Assembly (NCBI GenBank): GCA_048772705.1
Contig: JBLWGC010000035.1
Location: 1-64,000 of the forward strand
Source: Leidyana gryllorum EB-2025a
Lineage: Eukaryota > Protista > Apicomplexa
DNA length: 64,000 bases
Direction of reading: 5' to 3'
The translations under genes and the position numbers were made by a program. The notes below the pieces were generated by a model, which saw only the letters and a list, made by a program, of their open reading frames with translations, was not told the DNA's origin and ran no database searches. Positions within the stretch are counted from its first letter, which is position 1. Each line of letters starts with the position of its first letter. Below, one piece after another: positions 1-14,600 of this stretch.

Positions 1-1066
1 CACTCACTGGTATATTCCTTGCCGAACGACCCAACGTAAAGCTCGTTATTACGTTCGCAGGCCCATTCAACTTTCATGCCTTTCGGAGAAGTGTGGCCGT
101 CGCCTTCAGTCAAAACAGTTCGGGCCACGGGCTGCACCTCCAGACCGTTGAGCGTATTCGTCAAGTCTGCCTGACAGGCTACCTCGTGCGGCCTCCAGGA
201 TCTCTACCAAGGACGACTGGTCCTTCGTCCCCCGCAGCTTCGCGTCACCAGCACTCGTGGACTTGGCCATAATCTCAAAAACGATACCCGTCCGGTCATC
301 GAACGCCAACAAAGTACGATTATATAGCACCAACTCACTGTAGGAATCATTATAGCGATTGACGAGTTAGTGTGTACCTGAGCTCCATTCCTCGTCCCTC
401 TTCAGCCATACGGCCCACTACATCCAGCGGAGCATCCCCAATCCACTCGAATTTGGGTTCGGGATGATCCTCATGCTCCATCGTGAAGCTGAGTGGTTAT
501 GGGGATAGTAGCGTCGCTTGAGGCCCACACTTACCGTCCGGTGAGAAGTTTGCTAACATACAGAGGCTTTGCGTCTGTGCCCGCCCGACTATTGGTATCC
601 AAGTCAGCTATCATCTGCGGAGGAAGGCGGAATGAAGAACCTCGACATGATCTTACATTTACGAAACAGGGAGATTCAGCTGTGCAAAGCGTTCGTCGAC
701 GGACTTGATACTTGGGATCAAAGGGGCGCCCTGCATCACCTCCGAAGCCAGCTTGGGTAGCATTTGACTTCTGTTGAGTTACGATTTTCCAGACAGAGTG
801 CGTGCCCGCGGGCAGAGGCTTGCGAACCTGTGTGGCTATCGAGAGCGAAAGGCAAAGGAGCACTGCAGAGCGATCAAAGGGTTGGATGGGCAACTGGCCT
901 TACATATAGTGCTAAGGAGAGTGCATAGCTTAAAGCCGCGACTTGATGTCTTCCAGTTGTGTACGCAGTGGGCGGGCAGCGATCTCACAAATCTGCGAGT
1001 CTCTGCAGATGAGGCTCGGTAATTGGTAGGGGTTTCAGTAAGAGGGTCTTCAGAGGCTGAGAGCAT
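1..1066 (-). CDS. Calcium-activated nucleotidase / apyrase (CANT1-like), type II membrane anchor; multi-exon, runs off window start
   Basis: Spliced exons give IADLD, GRGMELSELVLYNRTLLAFDDRTGIVFEI and EGDG...KGMKVEWA...LYVGSFGKEY, which are apyrase/CANT1 family motifs. Splicing near 860-900 yields the signal anchor LCTLLSTILLLCLSLSIA. Confidence 0.88.
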
Positions 1067-1165
1067 CTTTTCTACTCACTTTGTTGCCAAGACTGATGTT
1101 CAGAATAATAACTACTACCACCAGCGGCTGTCACGGCCCTGAGAAACTCGCTCATTGCACTTTTT

Positions 1166-4100
1166 TTAGCACCGCCTTTTCGGCTGTGGAGTATTGCTCA
1201 ATTCTGAAACTGTATGCTGAAGTCTCCCCTGATCACTGGGCTGGGCGTTGGCAGTGGGATTGTTGCGAGGAGTGGGACTGATGAATCCAACTCTTTGGGC
1301 CACCCCTCTCCGTGATCCCCTGTTGCCTTTGAGCACCCCACCATTATGATTCTTGTTCCGTTTCCGCTCAACGGCGCCATCGTGGTACCACTTGACGCCT
1401 GTTGGCCCAACTGCCCGGTTTCTCTGCGATCGACAGTGTTTTTGTCCCCTTGATGAGACGGGTATCATTACCATCTGTGAGATGTCTCCATTGTTTTCTA
1501 AGGGTCCGCCTTCACCCAAGTCTTCGTCGTCGTCGTGATCTGGTGTCCACTTATCGCTGGTGAAAACAGACATGGAGACAATATCATATGCGGGGTGATG
1601 TAAACTGAGTGTGGTGGCCTGTTTTTCGAGTACTTTAGGGCGGCTCCATCCGTCCGGGAGCTCGTCTTCATGAACTGGCACGCTTCCCGTCATGCGACCC
1701 ACCAAGGTGAGCAGCACTGGGAGTAGAAGAAGGCCGTGGCTGATACCAAAAAGCACCACCAGTGTCATCATTTTGAAGAATATACGCAGAATGTATGAGG
1801 TGGAGAATCCGAGCAGCATGATGCCGAGGAAGTTGGCCATAGCTCCATGGAACAATGGCATTCCAATCAACACCATAGAATCTATAGTCCTTATATTCCT
1901 TGTTGGGGCCACACCGTTCACAAACGCATACGTCAAATGTGCCGAGTAGTCAACCGCAAACCCAATGGAGATGACCAAAATAATCATACTGATCATATTC
2001 AGCGGCACCTGAGCAACAGGAAAAACAGAGAGATCAAAACAGATCTCTCTCCAACTCCACTCACCTCCCAGAAAGCCATGTATCCGATGATAGTGTAATC
2101 TATCAGCAACATCACACCGATCACCAACATTCCTGACGCCAAATCTGGAATCAGCATAAAGGCACAGACCAGCATAGCCATGGCTGCTGTTGATATATTC
2201 GCAATCACATTCTTCGTTATCTGTATATCAGACTCATAAAATACCAACATATAGTTATAAAAGTAAGGCGTAATTGGCATAGTCTCATTCGTCAAAGGTA
2301 AAGACGCAAAGTATTCGCAGTCCGAACGCAAAGTCAACATCCAATGCGCGCGTTCTTGAGACGTTGTTGTTCCAGCTGGCAATAACTGCATCCGGTACCC
2401 CAACAGCTCGTCACCCTGCCAGGCAAAATCATACTCAAATTGCTTATACGCGCTATCAGAACTCGTCAACGCTTGTTTCAACGCCCCAAGGAACTCAGTC
2501 TTGTTCCCCGATCGCAGACTTGGTTGCAAAGTGGCATCAGCCAACATACGTGTCATAGGATCTCCCAGCACATTGTTCTCTGGGCGAGCCATTATCTGTG
2601 TTGTGAAGTCTTCAATAGACTTCTGGGCGCGAGGGTCCCACCACTCTTCACCATTCGCGAAGAAAACTTCCACGGGCAGATCATTGGCGTGACAATAAGT
2701 GTCATACAATTTATCATATGTCTTCAGATAACTATCATCTGGGGACAAGTCGCGCATTTCTAAACCCTTCGTCAACTTCGTGAAGCCATAGCTCGCTATT
2801 CCGATGTTCGAGGCGAACAATGCCAGCACCAACACCTACACGGAAGATCATGTGTGCGCTCGCTCGGAGACACGTGTGCTACGATTGTCGCACGAATTTC
2901 GGACACTCACTTTGACATACGGATGTAGTAACCACCGACCAAATACTTTGGCAAACATCACCCGGCCGTGTCGTCCGACTGTCCCGCTCGCTTCCAGACG
3001 GTACAAGGGATGCTGGAGCTTGTCATGCAAAACAAATCTGGATGAATTATTGGCGGCACTCGTGGCATCATCGGTAGCGCCAGACGGCGGGCGGACGAGC
3101 TTGGCTTGCTCATCTTGGACGACACTCTTGATCGACTCTTCTGCGCTCTGCATTGACTTGACACTTCGTCCTTCCTCTTCCGCGTGGAGGTCGTCTTGGC
3201 CTAAATCGTCTTCCTCCCCACCTTCGCCACCGGTTGTCGATGTGGCTCGGGAAGCTGTCCAGCCTGGAATAGCTCCCTCGCCCACCCCGTCCTCAGGCCT
3301 GTACCAATAGTTGCCTCGTTCCTCGAAGACCGCCCATAGCTTCTTGTGCCACGGCCGTCGGCTCAATTCCAGCTTGGTGGGTATGGGTTGTCTTTCGAAG
3401 GAGGTAACATGTTGGAGCGCTTCTTCGACTATGACGTGAACCACCTGATAGGTTGAGACGACATTCACATTGTCGAAAGGCGGTTGGGTTCTGTGATCGA
3501 TCTTCTTGAGGGACCAATAGCACACACGCATCTCCTCCTCGCGGCGCGCATCCAGGCACAAGAGAGCGTAGAAGATAGTGAGTTCAAAGAAGAGTGAGAA
3601 GCTGAGGCCAGCGAGTGTGAAGACACAAAAGTTGCGAATTGCCAGATAGGGACTTTGAATCCCAATCGCGAAGGCGACGACGTTGGTAACGGTGGTCATG
3701 ACGACTGATACCCCACATCCTCTGAGCGTTACACCACACCTCTGACGACTGGTGTCTTCTCCAAAGGTGAGGGCGTAGGAGGAAATGATCACAAAGATGT
3801 CATCAGCACCCACACCCATTACCAGGAAAGGTACGACAAGACTGGTGGGGACGAAGGCCATTCCACAGAGACTCGGGATGCCAAGACCGGTGAACAAACC
3901 GAGGAGGCACGACAGCGAGCCTCCGAGGGAGCACCAAACTCTGTGGACGCACGAATAGTCGAAGTTGGCCCACAGTCATACTCACTTGCTCCGGTAGGCA
4001 TTGCAATTGAAGTCAACTGCTGTGGTATAAAAGATCAGCAATATGAAAGTATAGACCACGAAGATGACATCATCAGACTCGGCTGTTGACTTGGACAGCT

Positions 4101-5199
4101 CGTCATCTGCAGACAGCGAGCGAAGCTGGCCTTCCGCTTGAAACTGATTGGCTACTCACCTCGACTCCGATAGGCCATGGCTCCGACTTTCAAGTTCCCA
4201 TAATCCTCATTGTTCATGAGAATGTCATAGAAGAGAGCCTCCCAAGCCATTTGACGATCCAAGAACTCTGGTTTGTCGTGAAGTTCGTACACAAAATGCA
4301 GTGCTGAGAGTGAGTAGAAGCAGTCCGGTCCTTTGTTACTCCCCTACCTTTGGCCTCAGTGATGCATTGCATCTCAGCCCTGGAGTACCCCTCCATGGAT
4401 CCCTCAGTGTATCTGCGACGGTTGTTGTGGAGGTGAACGGGTCTGGGGCCCACCTTGTGGAGTCATATATCTGAGAGATCAGCACTGTGGGAAGCTCGCG
4501 AACGCAGTCAATAATGGTTGGTTCGCCGAGTACAAAAGTGGGCGCGAAGCCTTTGCGAGCAGTGTTGAAAACATAACCATCGAGAATGTACAGCTCTGGG
4601 GGCGCACCGTCCTCCAACATGAGCTTCATTTCATAAACACCCATCTCAAATACAGACTGTACACGGCACCCGGTCACAGGATCCGGGGCACAAATGTCTT
4701 CGTAGGTCAGATATTCCTTATCAGCCGGTTTACTGTAGTTGCCATCCGCATAGTACTCTGGATAGAATTGCGGAGTGGGTGGCAACGCCATGAGCGTTTC
4801 AGAGTGGGTGTCAGGACGTTTGCCGCGGACTATCTCGTCCAATTCCTCAGCCAGTGCCAGCGCGTCCCACGAAAGAACGTTGTAGCCAGGAGGATCAGAA
4901 GTTACTATCATGAACGATGCGCGGGCTATCGCATCCGAGAACAAATTGTCGCGAATGCGGCCCTCATTACGAGCCTGAGATACAGGGAGTGCATACAAAT
5001 TATCCGCCCCCTCAATCCATCGTGCCATAGGGGGAATGTACCCAGGGATGGCGATCAAATTGACCAAACTCGCCAATATCAAAACTCGCCATGGATGATC
5101 GTACACGTAGCACCCCCATCTACCAAAGTATTCACTCAGGCGATCCACAAACCCCTCTTTAAACTGGAGAACATCATTGATGGTCTGACCGATACCCAT
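1166..5199 (-). CDS. Patched/NPC1-related sterol-sensing-domain membrane protein (NCR1-like), multi-exon
   Basis: ORFs 4336-5199, 2848-3897, 1999-2835 and 1166-2008. SSD motif PFLVMGVGADDIFVI...GVSVVMTTVTNVVAFAIG, second-repeat motif IGFAVDYSAH, and HGLLLLPVLL. Confidence 0.9.
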
Positions 5200-5221
5200 C
5201 TATCTAAACAACAAAATCGCA

Positions 5222-7127
5222 CTAGAGATTTTCAGGAGCTGCTTCGCAGTTCTCCTGCTTCAAAGCCGTTGCACCCAGAGCTTGCAGGCCTTGGATAGTG
5301 GCCTCACGAGTCTTGGAGTCCTGCTGCGCCACATACCACATCAATGTGCTAAACTCGGACGGTAATCCACTGTTCACCATGTAATCCTTCCACTGCGCCA
5401 TCACCTCTGGTGTCGGATGCACTACTCGATTATTGGCAAAATCAGCAGTCGCCGGACGCACGGGAGTCCCGTTCCGAGGCGCAGCACTTCTGAGCGCCCC
5501 CGCAGCTTCCTCACCAATGCCCACAGCTCCTGCCCCTGGGGGTTGAGACGTACAACGACTCAACGGATAGACCGGCCCATTGGCTGTGGTGTTCAACGCT
5601 TTGAGACCCGCCTTCATCAATGGAGTCATGAAAGCAGCCGACTTGGCCCGCCTATGCATCGGAACGCCTTTCGGAACATTGTTCCGTTCCTGGAATATGT
5701 TCGCTCCTTTGCTGCTGACGTACATCTTCATCATATCGGCGATGTCAGATCCGGGCATCTGGTCCATGAAGGCACGACCTGAAAGACGACAGTACAGATG
5801 AACTATGAAGAGAGTGCTTAGAAGCCTACATTTCTCCACCAACTGAGTGCATCCTGGGGTAATCTTCGCTACTTCCCATATATGGAAGACATTAAATGCA
5901 TCAATTTTCTCGGATAACGCTACAACACAAGCTTGTATTAAACTCTGCATGATCGGACGTAACAGGAATGCACCACCTGTGGTATCATCACTCACTCTGA
6001 TGGCAAAATGATCTGCAGCTGATAAGAGGGTCAGGATATTCTCTACTGAACTGCACTCTTCCAAATAGCTGCATGTGTTGCCGTGAATGTACGATAGTAC
6101 TTCTCGTAGGATAGTCGGCTCGACTTCATCCGCATTTAGTTCCCGCCAGTGTTTGGATTCCAACTCACTGCGCCATCTCTGTGAAGGGATCCGTACTGCT
6201 GAACAAATCCTGAATCACTCACCAGAGAACGAGCTGCCAATAAGAACCTGGACGCAGTAAAGGTGGCCCCTTTGCACAGTATCTCAACGCTCTGGGAAGG
6301 CGTTTCGCGAGTATAGGCGCGAAGCTCATCCAACAAACTCATCGTGGCCTCACAGGTCATCGGCTTTTGGGGATAACCAGTGAACACCGCGCTCGTTGTC
6401 GGATAGATCTCACACACAATGTTCAGTGACAAAGAGTCATTGAAGATCAGATGGCGCCACCCTACAGCATCATAACACACTCCCCCACATTGGCACAAAC
6501 ACTTACGCAATCGTCCCTTCCAAGTCCGTCTGCTCAATACAAAATGCCCATCTGTCACTGGCCACTCAGTGTCCCTCTTCACCTCTATGGTCACACGCCG
6601 TTCGACCACAACTAAGCCAATTTACTACTTTCACTGGGTTTTGTCACAAACAGCTCACCTTCTTCAGCTGGGTTGAATACTTTGACGGTCACACTGTAAA
6701 CAGCAGGACGTCCTTTCAGGGCCTGAGGAATGTCCAAACCACCACGAACATGGTGGTCGGGGGCGTTGGGCCATATCAAGGTGTGGATCCCCATTGCCAT
6801 ACGTGGTGACTTCAAAGGGGGCATATGATGCCATGAAGCCGCTTTTCGGAATCCAGTGAAGTGCTTGATGGTCCATTGGAGCTCGCTGCGCTCCGGGGTA
6901 TCAGCTTCGCCCACAATGATCCCCAAGTCCTTCATTGCGATTGGTTCCTTTACGCCTGGCATCTGTGGAGAGGTCGTTGTGGGCACTGTTGGACCTGTCA
7001 CATTCTCAACGATGTTATTCCCGCTGTATGGCTTCTCAAGCTGATCTGAGGCCTCAGAGGAAGGAACCTCGCAGGGAAGCCAGGAATCTACCACGGCTGG
7101 TGTCTCCTCGTGCGCTACGTTCGACAT
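5222..7127 (-). CDS. MATH-like + BTB/POZ (BACK) domain protein, probable cullin-3 adaptor
   Basis: LQWTIKHF is MATH-like. VEILCKGATFTASRFLLAARS, ILREVLSYIHG and LLSAADHF are BTB motifs. ATG at 7127. Confidence 0.7.
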
Positions 7128-7144
7128 CAGCACACACGTTTCCA

Positions 7145-7656
7145 ATGCCAAACTTGAGTGAACTTCCTGTCAGAATCCCTATTCTGCGCCCTGATGCGAA
7201 TCACAGGTTGGAACACTTTGCAGAAAATCAAGTGCCGGCTTTCCTTGACAAGTAAGTGATATACGATGTGTGCTGTATACCTTTTCCGCTTCCAGTGGCT
7301 TGACCAATCGAAAGTTGTGGACTGACCCATTCGAGGTGGAAGCTGCGGTGCAAAAGCATGGAATTCAAGTCAGTCCATTGCTGGTTCAGCCCACTGGACA
7401 ATCACCATATCTGATAACTCGTCCGCCGAACAAGCTGAGTCCTCGATCACAGAGGCAGGCTGAGGAGGATAGGCGTCAGGCCGCGTCGAAGCCCCCCTGC
7501 AGTGACACACAGGATATAGTGGCGGCGGTTAGGGAGGTCCTAGAAGAGCTTATGGAACCGCCAAAGCCCGTGGTGAAGAACACGGGAGGAGGTTGTGGAA
7601 TGCATGACGTTCAGCGGAAGGTGAAGCGCGGATGGATAGTGAGTATAGCATTTTAG
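7145..7656 (+). CDS. Hypothetical protein, at least 2 exons
   Basis: ATG 7145 (MPNLSELP) splices via a GTAAGT...TTCCAG intron into the frame of ORF 7270-7656. The 3' end is uncertain. Confidence 0.45.
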
Positions 7657-7760
7657 TCTCAATATATAGAGTTTTTGGTTAGCATTTGCTGAGGACTGTG
7701 TCTAGGTGTATAGATGGAGTGAAGGAAGACGGTCCTTTGTGATCAGGCGACATATCTACA

Positions 7761-10285
7761 ATGGGCTGTGCAGTCTGCAAAAGCGGACGCTCAACGGTGC
7801 GTGCTCAAAGCACAGACAGGAGGGGTACAGCCCCTTCAATTCCCGAGAAGAAAGGCCCTACCAATGGTTTTGAGGCTCAAGGAAGCGCCACTACCCTTCC
7901 CGTGACGGTATCTCCCCAGCGGGGTGAGAATACGCCGGGCCGGCAAGCAGGTATGACGTGAATGAATTGTCTGTCCGTTTGCCCACTCATTATTGTGTTG
8001 ACTGAACTATCGTTTGTATGTAATGAAAGAATGTGTTGAGCCTCAAAGTCTCGTGTTCCTCACTGGTGTATTTGTAGAAGGAGGTGGTGAAAATAACGGC
8101 CCGACAATTCGACGGTTGATTGGGACGGAGGTTGGCGCTGATGACATTGCTGCTGCCGGTGGTTCAGTAAAGCTAAAGATTGAGTCTAATAAGCCGGGGG
8201 CTCCGGATATCAGTCAGCATAAAGCCCCTTCTTATCGGGTGCGAAAGTCCATAGTAACGGCCCGAGTGAAGTTGGGTGCGACAAGTCAGATCTTTGACAA
8301 GTACGATCTCACTGATGATGTATTGGGCACAGGTGAGAGGGGGTGGAAAGGTTTGCAGGGTGAGTGGTGGTTCTGGCTGTCAGGGATCTCTGGAGCGGTC
8401 CGGGTGGCTGTCGAGAAGAACACCGGCCGAAGATTTGCGATCAAGACGCTGACCCTGGAGAATATTACAGCCAAGAAGGCTGCAATGTTGCACAACGAAG
8501 TGAGGGAGGGCCTGAGTTATGGGCGGCTTTTGTACGTGTTGCAGGTTGATATCTATCTCAAGTTAGATCATCCGAATATCGCCAAGTTGATCGAGGTGTA
8601 CGAGGACGAGAAGCGTATATTCTTGGTGATGGAGCTGTGTACCGGAGGAGAGCTGTATGACCGATTGGCAGCTAACCGTCGGTATCACGAGGCTGACGCT
8701 GCCAGAGTCACGCGTCAAATGTTGGAAGCCATTAACTATTGTCACAAGCACCGTATCTGTCATCGAGACCTCAAGTAAGGCGTGGAGGAGTGTTTGCGGC
8801 CACAATTCTCTCTCGCAGATTAGAGAACTGGGTGTATAGTAGTGAAGCCGACAACGCTCAACTGAAGCTCATCGACTTTGGGTTCTCACGGATCTTCAAT
8901 CCTGTTATCCCTATGACCGCTATGCACGGGACCGTTTACTATGTCAGGTAGGCGGCGATTCTCCCGCCTCTCGTTTCATTCTGGAGTGGTTCTGCTCAGT
9001 CCGGAAGTTATGGACGGCTGTTACCGTGAAAAGTGCGACATATGGTCGATCGGAGTTATTGTTTATATGTTGTTGTCCGGCACGCCGCCGTTCAACGGAG
9101 GCCGAGATTATCAGATCCTGGTCAAGATTCGTACCGCTTCATATAATTTCGACGCCAGTGTCTGGCGGTCTGTGAGTCAGGAAGCCAAAGATTTCATCAG
9201 CAGTCTTCTCGTGCGAGATCCCAATAAAAGGCCATCGGCTGAAGAAGCGCTGAAACATCCGTGGTGAGAGGGTAGTCAGAGGGTCAGCAGCGCAGCCCAC
9301 TCTCTCTCCGACAGGTTGCAGACGGCAGGCGATGCCGACAGCAATGAGATCGATGTACGGGTCTTACAGGCTATGCGCTCCTTTGCGCTTGGAAACACTA
9401 TGAAACGAGCTGCACTGGGACTAGTGGCCTACTCGTTCACCAATGATGAAGTCCAATACCTTTATAAGGACTTTAAGAAACTCGATCGCAACAACACTGG
9501 AACCATCAAGGTGTGTGCCGTGTCTCGCACACGCTGCCAACCCGACACATCCTTCCTTTCCGCAGCTTCAAGACTTGGCGCAAGCCTTAGTTCAGCATCT
9601 GAAGCTCAGTCACAAAGAAGCGACCAAGGTATTCGAACGAATTGACCAAACGGGCGACCGCGAGGTACATTACACAGGTAAGACCCCGGGATGCTGGCCC
9701 GCCCACCGGTGCGACCCATGACAGAATTTGTCGCTGCCACCTTGCATGCCAAGATGCTGACGGACGAGCAGTGGGTCCGCGAGGCTTTCGAGCGCCTGGA
9801 CGTCAACAAGACGGGCCGAATTACCGTTGAGAATCTCAGATCCGTTTTGGGCGATACATTCAACAATATGCCCGTTGAAGAAATGATATCTATGTGCGAC
9901 CCATCTGGACGAGGAGAGCTTGACTTTGACGCTGTAAGTCTCGCTTTAGTCCCGTCCTCACAACCACTTGTGTTTTATCGATCAGTTCCGAGCGGTATTG
10001 ACTTCGCCTGAAGAGGGAGAAGTTGTCGGTACAGACCCTAGTCTGGAGGGACGTGCATCGGTGAGAGCCCATTCTCCCAACGTGAGCCGTCCAATCGCAC
10101 ACACAGTTTTCGGAAGCAATTGTATCAATTCAAATGGAGAGAGAGTAGTAGTAATTCCAGCTACCGGGAAGTCCGTTTCTACCGAACAAATTCAAGATTC
10201 TACTGCGTACTTTCAAGTCACTGGTAAACAATGTCCAAATGCATCGACACTTTCTGTCCTTGCAGAGTATTCATATAGGCACTAG
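7761..10285 (+). CDS. Calcium-dependent protein kinase (CDPK), N-acylation motif
   Basis: N-terminus MGCAVC. Kinase motifs LGTG(I)SG, FAIK, HRDLK, DFG, SPE and DIWSIG, followed by four EF-hand loops (DRNNTGTI, DQTGDREV, DVNKTGRI, DPSGRGEL). Many short GT-AG introns. Confidence 0.93.
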
Positions 10286-11394
10286 CTAAATCTGACACCT
10301 TTAGCACTCCCTGTGCCCGCGCTGCCACCGATCTTATCGCTTCTGTATTGTAGATATACAACTCGTGAACTACGCCGCAACGTTCACTGAACATCACAGA
10401 TGGGGCCTCGTTGACAGATAACAATCCCGGCAATCCACGAACTCCCAGAGGACCCATTCGCAACCCGCCTGGTGACTCAGAAGAAGCCGAAGACGACGAA
10501 GAAGCCGCCAACCCCTCCATCACCGCGTTCCGCCCGTTACTACGGGACCACATTAACCAACCAATGCTCACCACATCGTAGCTAGTAGATCCACCAACAC
10601 TCTCTTCTTCTCGCCGCCGACCCGCAATCAAATGACGAAATGATTCAGGAGGAGACGCCCACGACGGCGAGATCAAACGAACTGGAGAACCGCCACCACC
10701 ACCAACAGAAGGTGGAGACACTGGATAGCTAACCGTGGATGAACTCCCAGGCCGTGAAAGAGCTCCAAAACCAACACCGCGACTCGCCGGTTGTCGGACA
10801 CTAGATGACTGGAAAGGTGGACGAGGAAGAGAACCCCAAGGCCGAAATGGCATCGACGACCGGTACCGATCATCAGCACTGGCACCACCCATCTCCTCCC
10901 TGCCGGCCTTCTCCATCTCTGCCGGTAAAGAAGAACCACCATCTACCTTGTAGAACCTAAAACATTAGTGTCACCGTCCAATAATACCCCAAGTCAATCA
11001 CTCACTCTGCATTCAACTCGCTGATGTGCAGTTCTTCCTTCTCCAATACCGACTTCAGGCTCTCCGGGATCTCCACAATGTGTGTAGGCAGTGTGTCCAC
11101 CACCCACTCCCGCAACTCAAACAGATCCCCCGACAACTCCAGCTTGCACCGCATCTCCTCCGGAACCGTCATCACGTACAAATGGTCAATCAGTTTCTTC
11201 ACACTCGTAGGTGGCGGCATCTCCGGACGGCTCGCCTGCTGTGGACACCGCAGCGCCATTGGAAACGACATTTCGCCCGCCTCCGCATACGGCATGATCA
11301 ATCGAGGAGCCACTGCTCGGTCTGCCAATCGACACACGGCTGCTTCGCAACCCGCCATCAGCCAGACAGCCGCATACTGCCATCTCCTCGCCAT
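10218..11394 (-). CDS. Hypothetical secreted protein, Ser/Pro/Gly-rich C-terminal half, 2 exons
   Basis: MARRWQYAAVWLMAGCEA is signal-like. The intron GTGAGT...TTTTAG near 10957-11005 joins ORF 11002-11445 in frame to ORF 10218-10916. Confidence 0.5.
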
Positions 11395-11602
11395 CTCTTC
11401 ACGGCTGTGCAAGCACGCGCGTGTGTGTGTACAGACCATTATCAAGACATCAATCGGATCGCGGCTCCACTCGTAAGTGGAATCCGCTCCTACTCTTCTG
11501 TTCGGTTCAAGTCAACATCATCACCGAAGACCCAGAACCACAGGAAGATAGTGCCCAAGAGGAACGGCGAGCATCTGAATTACTCTGTGGTCGATTCGGA
11601 TG

Positions 11603-14600
11603 CTAAAGGGGAATGATTGCCAGCAAACATGTTATTAAACGTACCAAATGATTTTCCTGTGCCCCAATCTGCCGTTGCAGCCAGCCCTGCGATCTGAACT
11701 CAGCCAAATTGGGCACATCCATTGCCCCGTCCAAGGAAGACAAGGACAGATCAGACACATCTAAAAAGTAGTTTGCGCCGTCATCGAAAGGGTTCTCGCC
11801 TATCGGCGGCAGCTTAAAGAGAGGACTTTCTGATCCGTGGCTCTGCAGGAGGTCTGTGAATGTTGACCAGTTCGGACTTGCGACGGAAGTAGAGCGATCA
11901 GGACGCCGATCAGCGAACAGATAATGAGCCTCGTGGCCAGTTCGAGCTCCATAGGCACGTAATATGGCAAGCACTCGTTCTTTTTTGCTTCGTTCAAGCG
12001 TCGCGTTTGCAGCGCAAGCACTCCAGGGTGTGTGTCCAACCTAAGGAATAGAGTTGAGTCAATGAATGGCAAGTGGGGGACAAAGATCTCAAAAGCGTCG
12101 AGGAAACTGAACCGACGGGTACGACAGCTTTTCCCGGGCACAACCGAGGGGACTGATTGGCTTCACCAGTGCACCACACGAAGCAAAAATGCGCGATCAA
12201 CCACACACACACACGCGGTGGGTCGATTCAGCGGATTTGTGCGTTGAGCGACAAGCCAGGGACAAGAGCACGTGGTAGGGTGCAGTCGCTGCTTCGGTGA
12301 GTGCACATTGGGCATATCGTCGACGGTTGCGCCCGGATTGCTCGGCATTCGATGGAAGGTTCTTACCTGATTTATTTCGTTCGGATTGTAGCCTTGTTGG
12401 CATAGAAGTCGCACGCATGCCTCGTGGGCATAGTATGCCGCGAGGTGTAGCGGCGAATTACGACACTGAGTGTCAAACAATGTATTTGGGTTGAAGTCGA
12501 GTTTAGCGTCTTCCAATATATCAACTCGTCCCGTTCTGGCCGCTTCCAGTACCATCTCAGAGGTGAGACGTTCTGGAACAGCAGTAGTCGCCGTATCTTG
12601 ATCTGCCAATCGTGCTTTTTTGACCTCCAACACAACTAGAGCTTCTTGGCGTCTTTTGTAGTAGTCTCGAGCGAGGGCCAATGCCACGATCAGGATGCAT
12701 ATGGCCAGACCAAACCACGTCCACATCATCAGACCCTGCCACCCTTTCTTTGACAAAGAAGAAAAAGAAAGTAAAAACTCACAAGTCTGCTGATCATGTC
12801 ACCGCAGGTGCTCTGCCACATCCCAAACATTGCGTCCCTCTGTACTGTACAGAAGTTCAGATCCTTCCAATAGTCGACGCTGGACTTGAAAACTGTGTGA
12901 ATGTACCGATGATGTAGTCGCTGGGATGGGGAACTGACCTCGGAAAGGATTGACTTGAGGAATCAGATCAACGAGGTGTTGCCTCAATTCGTCTCTGCCT
13001 TTGTTCGTGCTAAGATCTTTCATCAAATGGTCGTATTCCACTGTAAGTTTCTTCGCCCACTCCTCGTAGGTCACCGTCCTCATTTCCGCTCCTTGTTCTA
13101 TTGACAACTCCTTTCTCTCGACGAAATGACCATTGTCATCCCCATCCTCATCCCCGTCCCCGTCGACATCGACGTTATAATCAGAGTAGAGTGAAACCAG
13201 AATGAATAGATGAGCTGGTTGTCCCCAATTAGTGACCTCAACTTCCCCATCCACCTGTCTGCTCAGACTGGCGGACCGAATCATCGCAACAGACAAAGCG
13301 TTAGCCAGACGAGGCCAACGGGCGATTCGAACGCCATCAAAGAGCTCTTTAGCACATCCGGACACATATGTGTTCTCCAAACCGCTCATGGTGGCGTCCA
13401 CGGCCGTGTATAGTGAATATTCCGATGAGAGAGGACACAGGTGTATTTGTCCATCTGATGTGGCTGGTCGATCTCAGGACTCCCACGCGATATAAAGACC
13501 CGAGGGTACTTTATCTCGTCGAATAAGAGTTCAATTCGACTCTCAAGCGCCTGGAGACCATAAACTGTCCTCCCGTCAGCCGTAACAACATCGAGTTCTT
13601 GCAGACCAATGTTATCGAGCATCTCGTCCTCGGCTATTTTCTGAGTCGATATGATCAAAGGCTCAAAGGACGACAGCGAGGGTGGACGCTGCAGTGGGGG
13701 TGGACGGGATGCAGCGTTCATATCCCACTCCGGCATCCACACCAGAGTCTCCTCCAGATTGTGGAAATGGTACATACCACCAGTCCCGTATGGAGACAAA
13801 CACTGTTTGATGAAGGAAGCGGGCCACTGTATCGCGTTCTTGTAATCGCGCCAATTAGCATTATCCATAATGTCGTGACGAACAATGTAACACCAATTCG
13901 CCAATGGAAGCTAAAGGAGCGTAGCGGCCGCGCAGCACAATAACGCTGGAGAACACTGTTTTGCTGAAAAGAGAGAGGGGAAGACTCACCAAGCGCACTC
14001 ATGGCCCCCAGACCTCCTATCAGAGAGATTCGCTGCATGTTGCGCACCGGGGGAGGACGTGGCGTAGATAATCGACTGAATAGCCGTTTTGCAGCTATTA
14101 ACATCAGAAATACCTCAACAATCATCGCAACTGAAGCGATCGCCAAACCGATCCTGCCGACCTCGTGAATCACCCCTTCGAATTGTCGCGGCAAACGCGC
14201 GTTGTGGAGTCGTGATAATTGCGGGAGCGTGTCAGCGAGATCTTTATGCGCTGTGGACCACTTCTCTTCCTGCTGCCTCATCATTTCTCTGATATGTGGC
14301 AAATCGATACCCAAATCTGTATTCTGCAGCGAAGACTCTTCGGCCCACCACTCATACAATGGTTCAATGGCTTGCAAGATCTCTTCCTCGTACTTGTCAT
14401 AGTTTAGAATCGTTGGATTGAGACTCTGGATTTCACCATGGGGCATTTGATACTTTATGTTCCTTAGCAGTTGTTGCGTCACCAACACTGAACCAAATAG
14501 AGAATCAATAGCCCGAGCACCGCTGACCGGGAGTTCCACCTCGGGATGGAGCAACGAATGATAATGCGCCACATCTGCGAGAGTCCGCACTCTGTACAAT

